A DNA stretch of 64,000 bases. Source: Eledone cirrhosa. Its lineage: Eukaryota. Location of the stretch: contig OZ024743.1 of assembly GCA_964016885.1 (NCBI GenBank), positions 247,318,001 through 247,382,000 of the forward strand, read 5' to 3'. A program made the translations under genes and the position numbers. The notes below the pieces were generated by a model that did no database searches, was not told the origin of the DNA, and saw nothing but the letters and a program-made list of their open reading frames with translations. Each line of letters opens with the position of its first letter. The stretch's first letter is position 1. Below are positions 20,711-31,771 of this stretch, one piece after another.

Positions 20711-21971
20711 TTAAAGGTGGAGGATACTCAACCACTTACACAGTCCAACGAGTTGATTAACTTAGTACTGTATTATACGCAGTAAGAATTGTCAACATAA
20801 TTAAATAAATTATCAAACAAACTGATAACCTGTTTGAATAAAATTTAAAATATACACCCATTTCTGGAGACTTGTGCGTCATAAAAATATATATTCTTTT
20901 ATCTACAACAATAATTTGTTGAATGTTATGGTCAAAGTGATTAGTAAGGATAATCAGTAGAGTGGGTAGGCTATTAATAACCTGTATACACAGGAATAAG
21001 TTAGGAAATGTTAAGAAAGGAGTGGGCGCCACCCAAAATATTAATCATTATTTCTCACGGTACGCTCTCATATTACACTTTTGTTTATAGTTAGTGCATA
21101 AGAGTAAGGGAAGTAACTCTAAACAATAGCTTTTCAAGTTACTTCTATCTTTCATAATAGCTATGAAATATTTAATTTTGCAGAAATAATATTTTAAGTT
21201 ATAAAAAAAAGCAACCTGTGTTCTCGAATAGTCATGCCTAACAAAATACATTTTGTGTAATCAGTAACTGAGTAGATTTGAACACAGAAAGGCTTGATTA
21301 TAAGATAAATAAAAGAGTGAACAATATAAGGTTTCATAACTATGTCGGCAATCGATGTTTATTTTATATTCAAGTAGACATGAGTTACAAGGATTTGTTA
21401 TGAACTTCGGAAATATTATGTTTCTTTTTAATGTAGAAAACATTATGTTTCCTTTTATTATAGAGAGAACAGCTTTACCATTCGTAATTTTTTAATCAAT
21501 AAAATCTCATAAAATAAAATAAGTTTGTTTGTCTTAAGGCGAGGTGATTTCTGATGACTCAGACAATGATTTCCTTTGAAAGACAAGCACATATTTTATC
21601 AGATTCAAGATTGTTTCTTCACTCAGTACAAGAGAAAAAAGACAGTACTGTTACTAGCACATAACAAGTGATGGATTATATCATAAATACACCCTAAATT
21701 CTTTTTAAATGTGACATAAAGGTTAAGGGTAGAGCAGTACTATAGTGTAAATCATTTAGTACAGGGTCCATTGAAAATGTTACTTTTGCTTCTAGGTTAA
21801 TCTGGCTCTGCACGTAATGTATATAGGGGATGATTTTTGGGAGTATGCTGCAAAAGAGCAAGACCAAGAAAGATTTGGGCAAAAGTAGCGAAAGCTAATT
21901 TCAGGATGTTGACTATCACAAAGGAGATGACAAAGGAAAGTGAAAAAAGTAGAGAAACTCTGTTCTGGACA

Positions 21972-22022
21972 GAATTTGTCTAACCCATGCAAGCATGGAA
22001 AATCTGACAAATGATGATGATA
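21972..22022 (+). mobile_element. Extremely truncated RTE 3' terminus
   Basis: GTCTAACCCATGCAAGCATGGAAAATCTGAC plus ATGATGATGA. Confidence 0.6.
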
Positions 22023-22185
22023 ATTAGAATTCCAAAAAATATTATATTTTCAGGTAAAGAGGGAGAAAATTATAGACATATATCAAGTAGAAAAGATAAT
22101 TATTTAATAATTATCTTTAAACAGTCTCTTTGGTAAAAATAAAAAAATACTTGATCATTCTCTTTCTATAAGAACAATTTTGTAA

Positions 22186-22340
22186 CTAGTTTCAGTCATC
22201 TGACTATGGACATGCAGTGACACTGCCTTAGTATTGATCATATCAATCCCAGTATTGGTACTTATTTTTATCAATCTGGTACTTATTTTTATCAATCTCC
22301 TTTTGTCAAAGTACTAATTCATTGGACATAAACATAAACA
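22186..22340 (-). mobile_element. Degenerate SINE-like interspersed repeat (related to 25985-26140)
   Basis: GTTTCAGTCAT...GACT..G..CATGC and CCCAGTA..GGTACTTATTTT are shared with 25985-26140 and with the core of 5664-5844. Confidence 0.5.
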
Positions 22341-22482
22341 GACACAAACACACATATGGTTACATGCACACACACACACACACACAGATATTTAAAAAAA
22401 TTAAAACTAACGTAAGGTCAACAGCTTCAACACAGGTATTTAACTATGAAAAATAGTTTTAAGTTATGCATATAAGTCTCAA

Positions 22483-22518
<36 letters not shown>

Positions 22519-22524
22519 GAAAGA

Positions 22525-23562
22525 GTAATGCATTCTTCTTAGTGAGGCAATTGCAAGAGAATTTCTTAGTAAAAAATAAGCCACAGTATATAGCTTTTGT
22601 TAATCTTGAAAAGAGACCTTTGACAGAGAGCAGTGCAAGCTATATATAGAGGAGCAGTCAACAGATTGAGAGTAGGAAGTGAGTTTAGTGAGGAATTCAA
22701 GGTGCAGGTAGGAATTCCTAAGGATTTGGTTCTCAGCCCACTGCTGTTCATTATAGTTCTCCAGGCCATAACATACAAGTTTAAGACTGGCTGTCCATGG
22801 GAACTTCTTTACGTGGGTGACCTGGTCTTTATAGCTGAATCCATAAAAGAATTAGAGAATAAGCTCTGATAATGAAAACAGAATTAGGATACAAAAGGCA
22901 TGAGAGTAAACTTAGCCAAAACTAAAGTGCTAGAAAGGAGGAAAGAAGACAGGACCTTGATTCCTTCAGGGAAGTGGCTCTGCTCGATCTGTAGAAAAGG
23001 AGTAGACAAAAATTCTATATGATGTACACAATGTAAAGCTTACCTGTAGAAGAGATGTAGTTGGGTAACAGGCAAACTAACAGGATGGGAATACTTTATA
23101 TGTAGAAGATACACAGGGGTAATCAATGTGAAGAGCGTCAATGATATACATTTTTTCCAATCACATAGAGGATCCATAGAAGTGTTAATAGCTTCTGCAA
23201 TCTAGGTGACCTAATCAGCAGCAAATGAGGGTGCTCTGAGAGCATAATAGTTAGAATAAGGCTAGGATGGAAGAAGTTTAAAGAGCTACTCCAATTGTTG
23301 ACAACAAAAGGTTTCTTTCTAGGTGCAAAAAGACGGCTGTATGATGCCTGTGTGTAAAGTGAAAAGCTGCATAGTAGTGAAATGTGCAGTGACTGCGGAG
23401 GACATGTTTAGACTGGAGAGAAATGAAGCAACCATATTTTGTTGTATGTGCAATGTAAATGTGAGAGAAAGGCAGAGCTTAGATGAACTGGGGGAGAAAT
23501 TGGGTTAGTATGCTGTCCAACCCATGCGAGCATGAAAAAATGGATGTAAAAACGATGATGAG
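22525..23562 (+). mobile_element. Older RTE copy (RT, PHD, C-term fragments, 3' tail)
   Basis: QAIYRGAVNRLRVGSEFSEEFKVQVG...SPLLFIIVL...GCPWELLYVGDL, then a GKWLCSICRKG PHD remnant and RLERNEA; collinear with 8480-9530, with stops and frameshifts. Confidence 0.9.
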
Positions 23563-24699
23563 GATATATATATATATATATATATTTAAGTCGTTTGGAA
23601 GCCTCGACAATGCAAATGGGTAAATCTCCGGGTAACAAGGTCCGGTGGTGGAGAGAGAGATGTAAGTGGGTGTACGTTGAGATGCGTGGTGTGTATATTA
23701 TATGAAACAGAAAAAGAAAGAATTATAATAAACTGGACATCTCAATGAAAAGACAGCCAAAGGCATATAAACATAGTTTAACTTATGCCAAAGTCTCTGT
23801 AAAGGGAAATACATGCCAAACTAATGCAAGAAAATTTCACTTACATCTAATCCCTAACTGTAGTTTCTAGAATCAAGAAACAATATTCATTATCTTAATA
23901 AATTAGACAACCAGCCCAGACTTTATCATTATTGAACCAGCGTGGTGTATATAGTTACACACATGCATGGTTTAACCAGTGAGATGAATGAGGCCAATTC
24001 AACTTAAGACAAATACTATGTATTGAAGCCAGGTTGATACTAATGGTAATATGCGTGTGCTTCGTATGTGTATACATTCATTGTATATGTAAAATGCTGA
24101 CTGTTTGATACTGTGTCTTAAAAAAATTTCCACTCTTGCAAATCTAACAACAAATTCTATTGTAACTATACAATGAAAATGAATAATAACATTGTAAATA
24201 AATAATAGATAAGTAATGCTTTTTATCTAAACCTACTTACTGTTGCCCACTAGATAATTTCTACTCCTGCAAGTCGAACAACAAATATTACTCTAAGAAA
24301 ATAATAACATTGTAAATAATCATGACATAAGAATTGTACCTCAACCTATAATATTACATGGTCAAACAACTCCACATACAAAATGTTTTTTTTTAAATTT
24401 AATTGCTTGCTCTACACTAATTTTTTTTTCTATATGAAGTCTATTCTTGAAAACATTTGAAATTGGTAAACTTTGTTCTTTCTCACATTTTCCTGAAGAT
24501 AATAATAATAATTGATAATAAATTATTTCTAGTTGTTTACATATGTATGTACTATTGTAACCGTATTGAAATGAACGTAGACATTTTAAAAATGAATGTA
24601 AGTTGTTAACTTTGGTCTTTTGGCATATTGTATATATATCAGCCTGTTGAGTCATGCTTATAAGCTTTTCATGAGTATCATTGCAGCATAAATGAAGTC

Positions 24700-25745
24700 A
24701 GACCTTTATGCCTTGTTTCCTAAGACACAAGCTGGAAGAGTCACCATTGAGCAAATCCTAGTTATTGAACAAATCATTGAGAAATCAATAGAATTCAACA
24801 ACCCTGAGTACATCACCTTCATTGACTTCACAAAAGCTTTTGACGTGAAACTACCCAAGTTGTGGCAACTCTTAAACAAAACCTCAATTAATAAGAAATA
24901 CATCAATCTACTGAAAGAAACATACACCAACTCAACAGCATATATCAAAACTTATCTACTAAATTGAAGAACATCTTCAAATCTTAGTTATACAGATGAT
25001 CTGGCTATCAGGAGTTACTCTGGAACTGATCTGCAAAACTTTCTAAGTGTACTGACCAACATGCACTAGAGGTTGGCTAACACAATAACATCCAAAATGA
25101 AGTGTATGACAACTGATAAAAACAATGCCAATTTCCAACTCACAAGGAGTTTGTATATCTCAATCACAAACTATCATCTAACAACAATGGAATGGTTGCT
25201 GTGCAGTATCGCATTGCTCTGGGTTGGACAGCTTTCAAGGAACAAAGAAGTGCTAACATCAAAACGAGTTTCTTATCATTTGAAGATTAAGATCTTTGAC
25301 ACTTACACCCTACCAGCTGTGTTATATGGTCTTCATTGTGTTAACTGGACAGCAAGGTCACTTCAGAAGCTGTCTACATTCCAGAACCACATCATGAGAC
25401 TTATGACTAACAAACGACTCAGTGATCATATCTCTATCAATGCGCTACTCAACATTACCAAGCTTAAACCAATCACAATAGTTATCAATTCAAGAGTACT
25501 TAAACTCTATGGTCATATCAAAATATCAACGCGTGGTGTAAGTTATGCCTAGAAAGAAAGTTAGCCGGTAAGAGAAGCAGTGGTCAACAGCCAAAACAGT
25601 GGCTTGTTAATGTCATCCTATGGACTGGACTTGACCATTACTCTTTAAACTCTGCTGGTTGTGATCAAACTTTGTGGAGAAGAATATCTCATGCTATGCA
25701 CAGTCTGCAACAGGTGGAGTGAGTGTCAAGGAAGAAGTAGGAAGA
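24700..25745 (+). mobile_element. Degenerate non-LTR retrotransposon of a third RTE-like family (RT to 3' end)
   Basis: TQAGR..IEQILVIEQIIEKSIEFN..ITFIDFTKAFD, YTDDLA, LKIKIFDTYTLPAVLYG, LKLYGHI; ends in a GAAGAAG-type tail. Confidence 0.8.
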
Positions 25746-25984
25746 TATATATATATATATATATATATATGTAGCAATCACACAGCCTTTTTGCCTTTTC
25801 CAGGTACAAAAATCTGCTCCTCAAGGATCTAATCACTGTCAAGTTATGCATTTTATCATTGCTTTAAATGTCACATGACTAAGGGGTACTCACTTGAGAT
25901 TCATTTAATAAAATTACAAATAAAGCTGAATTAACAGAAGCTGATTGATTGATAAAGTTTTTGAAACATGTTCTTAGCTATCTC

Positions 25985-26140
25985 TTTTATTTGTTTCAGT
26001 CATTAGACTGTGACCATGCTGGTGCACGGCTTTAAAGGAATTTAGTCAATTATATCAACCTCAGTACCTATTTTTTCGAGTGCAGAACTTTTTTTCAACC
26101 TATTTTATTGACCTGCTAAGTTATGGTAAATAAACACTGA
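25985..26140 (-). mobile_element. Degenerate SINE-like interspersed repeat
   Basis: Similar to 22186-22340. Confidence 0.5.
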
Positions 26141-26199
26141 CATACACACACACATATGAATATATATTTATCATCCTTCTTACCACCTCCCATCCAATT

Positions 26200-26452
26200 C
26201 CCACACCCTTATGATTGAGAAGGCTCTTTACTTGAGTCAATGACCAACAATATCCCTAGTGCCATTATAAAATACATCCAGTATACTTTGTAAAGTGGTT
26301 GGTGTTAGAAAGGGCTTCTAGCCATTGAAACTATGCCAAAGGTAGTTGAGAAAACCTTTCAGTCACGTCACAACAACCACATTAGTGCTGGTACCACAAA
26401 AAAATGCACACAGTATATCCTGTAAAGTGGTGTGAGGAAAGGCATCCATCTG
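26200..26452 (+). mobile_element. Two degenerate RTE UTR-motif copies
   Basis: TGTAAAGTGGTTGGTGTTAGAAAGGGC and TGTAAAGTGGTGTGAGGAAAGGCATCCA; same layout as 10920-11280. Confidence 0.5.
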
Positions 26453-26679
26453 TTGAGAGGGAAACATCAACATTCCTTACTGTAGTGAGTAATTGAGTGT
26501 GCATGTCTTCTCTAATTTTTTATTTATTTTTTTTATTGATTTGTTTTTCATCAATCATATTTATTATATAAATTCCAGTTTCACATTGTTGCTAACAAGT
26601 CAGTGAATAGCTTATCAGATTTTGTACAATTGACCCATAAAGCATTTTCTGTAGGTTTAATTGTACTCTATCTAGCATT

Positions 26680-26925
26680 TCTCTCCTGTCCATCGCTGGG
26701 AAGGTCCTGGCTTGGGTCATGCTCAACCGCCTCATCGCCAACATCTCAGAGGACAACCTGCCTGAGGCCCAGTGTGGGTTCCGCCCAAACTGCAGCATGA
26801 TCGACATGATCTTCTCTGTACGCCAGATGCAGGAGAAGTGTCGAGCAGAACATGGACCTTTTTGCCGTCTTCATAGTCTTGACGAAGGCCTTCGACACTG
26901 TCAACAGGGAGGCCCTCACATACTC
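26680..26925 (+). mobile_element. BovB-like RTE reverse transcriptase fragment
   Basis: LSIAGKVLA..MLNRL...LPEAQCGFRPNCSMIDMIFSVRQMQEKC, then KAFDTVNRE after a frameshift. Confidence 0.85.
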
Positions 26926-26977
26926 TAATCACCTATGACAAATATCACAGCCTTTACAAGAAAATTGACCATAGGCT

Positions 26978-27440
26978 AGATCTTGGTTGTCTATCGTAAA
27001 CAATGATGACATCTTTATTTTAGTTTCCGTCTGCCGTGACCGCGAAGGTGGCTGTGGAGGCCGATCCTTAACTTTCAGATCCGGGGACAGTGGGGGCAGG
27101 GGAAGAGACAGGAGTTGCTTGGGGCAGCTGTTGATGCCTTTCTCCTCCTTTCACGAGCCTCAGTGACCTCTGCCCGTCTCTTCTCTTCAAAAGAGTCTTT
27201 GGCGTGTCTGGTAAGGGCTTGCAACTCAGTCCTGTCCTGAACATGGGACTTGAGTTGTTTTGGGGCGATTCCAGTGTTGTTGATACTGGACTTCATGAAG
27301 TCTTTGAACCTCTTGAGAGGCCTGCCCCGCTTTCATTTCCCCGAACAGAGTTCCCCATACATCAGTTGCTTCGGAAGCCTGTGATCGTCCATCCAGATGA
27401 CATGTCCCACCCATCGAAGTCGGCTCTTCAGTATCATAGC
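26978..27440 (-). mobile_element. BovB-like RTE 3' end with C-terminal zinc-finger remnant
   Basis: RWVGHVIWMDDHRLPKQLMYGEL...RGRPLKRFKD...FPCPHCPR...IGLHSHLRGH, followed by a short 3' UTR. Confidence 0.85.
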
Positions 27441-28050
27441 TTCAACAAGCTGCCTTGCCTGTCTTCATATCTTTGGTTGCCTTACTTATTATACTACCTT
27501 CAACTTGCACTGCTGGTCCCTCTATTGGATCGGTTTGGGGCAGACTATCTTTTTCCCATTTATTCTCCTCATTTAGTAGCCTTTCGTAGTGACACTTCCA
27601 AGCTACCTTCTTATCACCATCAGTGATGGCAAGTACACCATCATTATTATGGACACACTTCTCCCCAACAATATCACGGTTTTCCTTGACCCTTGACACA
27701 TTGTCTTGCAATCCTGAACACCTCACGTTTTTGGTCCTCATGTTGAAGGACATGCTTGAATTTTCCTCTGCTTCCCTTTTTGCAAAGTACACTTGTCTTC
27801 TAGCTTCTCTCCTGGCCACTTGATAGTGTTTTCTACATTCCCCATACTTTCCAAGCCTGCTTTTTGGCCTTGATTGACTCCTCCACCTTACTGTTCCACC
27901 ACCAAATTACTCTCCTCCTGCCTATAGGTCTGCTCCAGCCACAGATTTCATCTGTTGCCTTCAGCAAGTTAACTTTCAGGAATTCCCACTGTTCCTCTAT
28001 ATTGTACGTCTCTAATTGCTTTTCCTTACTGTCAAAAGCATCAAGTAATA
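27441..28050 (-). mobile_element. RTE fragment (EN-RT linker) of the 7050-10090 family
   Basis: REARRQVYFAKREAE...DIVGEKCVHNNDG...HYERLLNEENKWEKDSLPQTDPIEGPAVQV...DMKTGKA is collinear with 7570-8180. Confidence 0.9.
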
Positions 28051-28059
28051 TATGTGTGT

Positions 28060-28545
28060 GTGTGTATTGTTATATTTGTGTCTAGGTCATGTTGCCCATA
28101 CTGCCAATAAAAAAAGATTTGCACTATTTGAATTTTACTTCACCTTTATTTGTTAGTTTGTCACACATTATGTGACCTCCTCAATGACTTTTTTGTGTTC
28201 CTCTTCTTTCTGGACTTATTTTGTTTACTCCATTTAGTCTTTCTGTGGTACATTTCCCTGCCTGCGCCTGTGTATGTATCTTTGGTATGAGTATGTGTAT
28301 TCGTGTGTGTGCATGTGGGTTTGTATATTTTTCTGGGTTTTTTTTTCTCTTTATTATTCTGTCCTCAGTTGTTAGGTTATGGGTAGGTGTTACACCTCTT
28401 GGGGTAGCTTTGACAAATATGACACTCTGCTACTTTTGGTTGTCATACCATGAACTGGCCTTCCCTATCTTCCTCTTTGTCCTTTCTATACTATTCATGA
28501 TTTGATCTTGTATAGTGAACACATCCCATCCCATTTGTGTCATTC
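28060..28545 (-). mobile_element. Penelope-like element remnant, inverted partial copy
   Basis: 28405-28530 is the reverse complement of ~29390-29510, and 28065-28270 of ~30070-30295 (diverged, with an internal deletion). Confidence 0.7.
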
Positions 28546-28759
28546 TCTAAGACCATGTAGAAAGATTGAGCAGGTCGACCAGAGCCATACAGACCCTCAA
28601 AAACCCTGATCAGATGAGAAAAATGAGCATACATACAGTAGGATCAGGTATTAAAACTTCTCTAAAGAGCCACATGTGGCCAACTTGTTCATGGTATGGT
28701 GGGGCAATACTTAGTAGAGAGCTCCATAGACCTAACCATGTACCCTTGTTATGTAGACA

Positions 28760-28975
28760 ATAACCCTTTAGCATTTACACTACTCTATATATACTATTGT
28801 ATTTTTGTGGTAATGGTTTTATCTTACATAATTATTTCACATAATAGCAAATCTATGAGATTTTGATTTTATTTATTTTGAGAACAATACCTTAACATCA
28901 GTATGAGTGACCAGTTACGGCCAGTTTGAGCAGAAAGAGGTGTGAGAATTCTGGCCGGATACACTAAAGGGTTAA
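28760..28975. mobile_element. piggyBac-type MITE
   Basis: TIRs TAACCCTTTAG / CTAAAGGGTTAA, with TTAA on the right and ATAA on the left. Confidence 0.65.
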
Positions 28976-28984
28976 TATAGTGGT

Positions 28985-30295
28985 AAATGCACTCCCACAA
29001 GAGAATAATCATGAACCTGAACTAAAACCTAACACCATGGAGAGCATCCAGCAAATAGTTAACTCTATTCACCTGAGTATTAAGGTAACAACAGACTCTG
29101 GAAACTAAAAATGACAAAGCCCAAATCCTCTACTCGTATTATGTCAAATCCATGACCTCCAAGTACCCGATACACCGGAGCTCAGCTATCTCAGATCATA
29201 CTATTCAATATCTAGATAGTGGCTCTAGTAATGGTGATGAAAAACATGTTCCATGTGCGCAATCCAACAGAGTTAGAAAGACACATACAACACTTCATCT
29301 ACAACATGCAGTTCTCTGGATACAACCAAAGTTACAGGATCAGTGAGTACAAAAGAGCAAAGGTAAAATTCAAAACCATTATAAAGAATGGGATGTGCAC
29401 ATTATACAAGAAAAAATCATGGAATAGTATAGAAATGAATAAAAGGAAGATAGGGAAGGCCAACTCATGGTATGACAACCAAAAATACCAGAATGTCATG
29501 TTCGTCAATACTATCCCCATGCAACATTCCATATCAATTTAGGAGGGACTTAAATAAACTGAACTTAAAAATTAAAGTGGTAGAAAAGCCAGGAACTCAC
29601 ACAAAATGTCATTTTAAGAAAACTCCCTGTACTGATAGAAACTATAGTGCAAGTAAACTGCAAAACTAGGAATACAGGCTATAGGATAAGGTCTACAGTG
29701 GATAGTACAGAAACATGACAACATATATAGGAGTTAGAATTAAAGAACACTGGCAAGAACTCAGAGGAGAAAAAAATTGTCAGTGCTATACCATCATGTC
29801 AAACTAGAAGAGGGAGGCTCAATAGATAACATAGAAGTAAAGACCCTATCCACACAGAACTGACACAACACATAGATAAATTAAAGAGGCTACACCTATA
29901 ATAGAGGGTTGATCAAGCCTCAACAGAAAACACAAATGGAGTAACATCCCCACACAACAACCTAATGACTGCGGACAGAATAATACACATAAGAAAGAAG
30001 AAAAAAACGTAGGAAAACACAGAGAGAAACACACAAGAACACACACATACTCATGACACACACAAAGGTGCAGACAGGAAAATGCACCACAGAAAGATGA
30101 AATGAAATAAACAAAATAAGACCAGAAAGAAGAGGAGGAACAGAGGAAAATAAAAAGTAATTGAAGAGGTCACAGAGGGTGTGACGAAAGCACTTTGATG
30201 AACTGACTAATAACTAATAATAAAGCTGAAGGGAAAAATCAAACAGTGCGAGTTTTTTTATTGGCAATATGACCAGACTCAAATATAACAATATC
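28985..30295 (+). mobile_element. Penelope-like retroelement remnant (RT C-terminus, linker, decayed GIY-YIG region, 3' pLTR-like tail)
   Basis: YSYYVKSMTSKYPIHRSSAIS, MQFSGYNQSYR, SWYDNQKYQNVMFVNTIP, KIKVVEKPG and RIKEHW resemble PLE motifs. The tail carries a decayed hammerhead-like TTGAAGA-GGTCAC...GTGAC-GAAA at 30161-30189. Confidence 0.7.
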
Positions 30296-30453
30296 TGTTT
30301 TATCCCACGACTGCAAGAATTATGCAAAAACAAATATATACATATGTGTTTATATATATACTCTCAAAAGCGTGAACCTAATAAACTACCATTTGTACTG
30401 CCTCTCTGTTTTTTGTTCCTGTCTAATATTTAACTATATATATATATATATAT

Positions 30454-30648
30454 ATAGGAACAAGTAAGACCCCGACGGCTGAGCTCAAGCCGTTTTGACG
30501 GCTAATTCTGAGTCCAGAATTAGCCTTCGAAACGGCTTGAGCTCAGCCGTCGGGGTCTTACTTGTTCCTATTACCCACTCTACTACCCTAAGTATTGAGT
30601 ATTTTGGTGCGTTATGGTCCACCTGGTTCCTTACCACATTTCCTTCGT
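30454..30648. repeat. 57-bp-arm fold-back palindrome (30454-30571) centred on hammerhead stem II, plus a unique tail, inside (TA)n
   Basis: Arms 30454-30510 and 30515-30571, loop AGTC. The right arm has GAAA-CGGCT-TGAGCTC-AGCCG-TC (30529-30551), i.e. stem III with a GUC site. Confidence 0.9.
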
Positions 30649-30680
<32 letters not shown>

Positions 30681-30796
30681 GTGTAATGAATTCCTTTACA
30701 ATGAAATTAGCTCAAAGAAAGAAATATTTCTGAGCCGTGTAAAACATTTAAATATAAATTAATATATATATATATATATAAACACAATAAATAAAA

Positions 30797-30865
30797 TTCA
30801 TTCTGATGATTGAAGACAGACGTATGTGCCAAGCTCGTCTGTCTTCGTGAAACTTGGTAAATGAA
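30797..30865 (+). ncRNA. Type I hammerhead ribozyme motif
   Basis: Stem I TTCATT/AATGAA, CTGATGA (30803-30809), 11-bp stem II GAAGACAGACG/CGTCTGTCTTC, GAAA (30849-30852), C-TTG-G, GUA site. The closing pair 10.1-11.1 is a U-U mismatch. Confidence 0.72.
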
Positions 30866-30889
30866 ATAATTATCTTGTTGTTTATTACA

Positions 30890-31545
30890 TAAAGCATAAA
30901 CGAACTAAGGAAAAAATTGGAAATAAGAGGGATCAGATGTTGTTTACTCGAGAGAAGGCTGCGTTGGTATGGTCACGTGATGCGCATGAAAGATGACAGC
31001 TGTATAACAAAGTGCAGGGCAATAAAGATAGACGGTAGCCACGGAGTAGGCAGACCCAGAAAAACCTGGGACGAGCTGATAAATTCCGACTTCACACACT
31101 TACACCTCTCCAAGACAATGTCACTGGACCAAGACCTTTGGCGGTACTCAGTAATAGAGAAGACCCGCCTTACCTAAATACAAAGTAAAACCTACTACAG
31201 TCAGTAGGCATCTCTAACAAAATACACCCCCGTCCCACCACCCCTTTCAATGTAAAGTTATGTTGGTGCCACAACATCCAGGCCGAAACAAATGAGATTG
31301 TGTAGGTGTCACGACAAAAAAACACACAGTCCACGCTGTAATGTGGCCGTGTAGGCAACATGGTAAAAACCTCCCAGCCCCACACTGTAAATGTGGTTGG
31401 TGTTAGGAAGGGCATCCAGCTGTAGAAAACCCGCCAGACAGTCCTATGCGAGCAATGACAACCACTCTTGCCTCAAGTGGGAAAACTCCCGTCCAAACCC
31501 ATGCAAGCGTGGAACATGGACGTTAAACGATGATGATGATGATGT
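30890..31545 (+). mobile_element. RTE 3' end (C-terminal coding region, 3' UTR with subrepeats, (GAT)n)
   Basis: ORF 30917..31177 IRGIRCC..RRLRWYGHVMRMKDDSC..GRPRKTWDE is closely similar to 9520-9788; same UTR and tail. Confidence 0.92.
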
Positions 31546-31571
31546 GTGTGTGTAATAATAATAATAAAACG

Positions 31572-31771
31572 NNNNNNNNNNNNNNNNNNNNNNNNNNNNN
31601 NNNNNNNNNNNNNNNNNNNNNNNNNNNNNNNNNNNNNNNNNNNNNNNNNNNNNNNNNNNNNNNNNNNNNNNNNNNNNNNNNNNNNNNNNNNNNNNNNNNN
31701 NNNNNNNNNNNNNNNNNNNNNNNNNNNNNNNNNNNNNNNNNNNNNNNNNNNNNNNNNNNNNNNNNNNNNNN
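31572..31771. other. Assembly gap (200 N)
   Basis: Run of exactly 200 N, probably a fixed-size scaffolding spacer. Confidence 0.99.

Noticed and set aside
21525-21590. Possible type III hammerhead (GTTTGTCT...CTGATGA...GAAAGACAAGC)
   Set aside because: Stem III pairs, but stem II does not and stem I is weak; may be chance.
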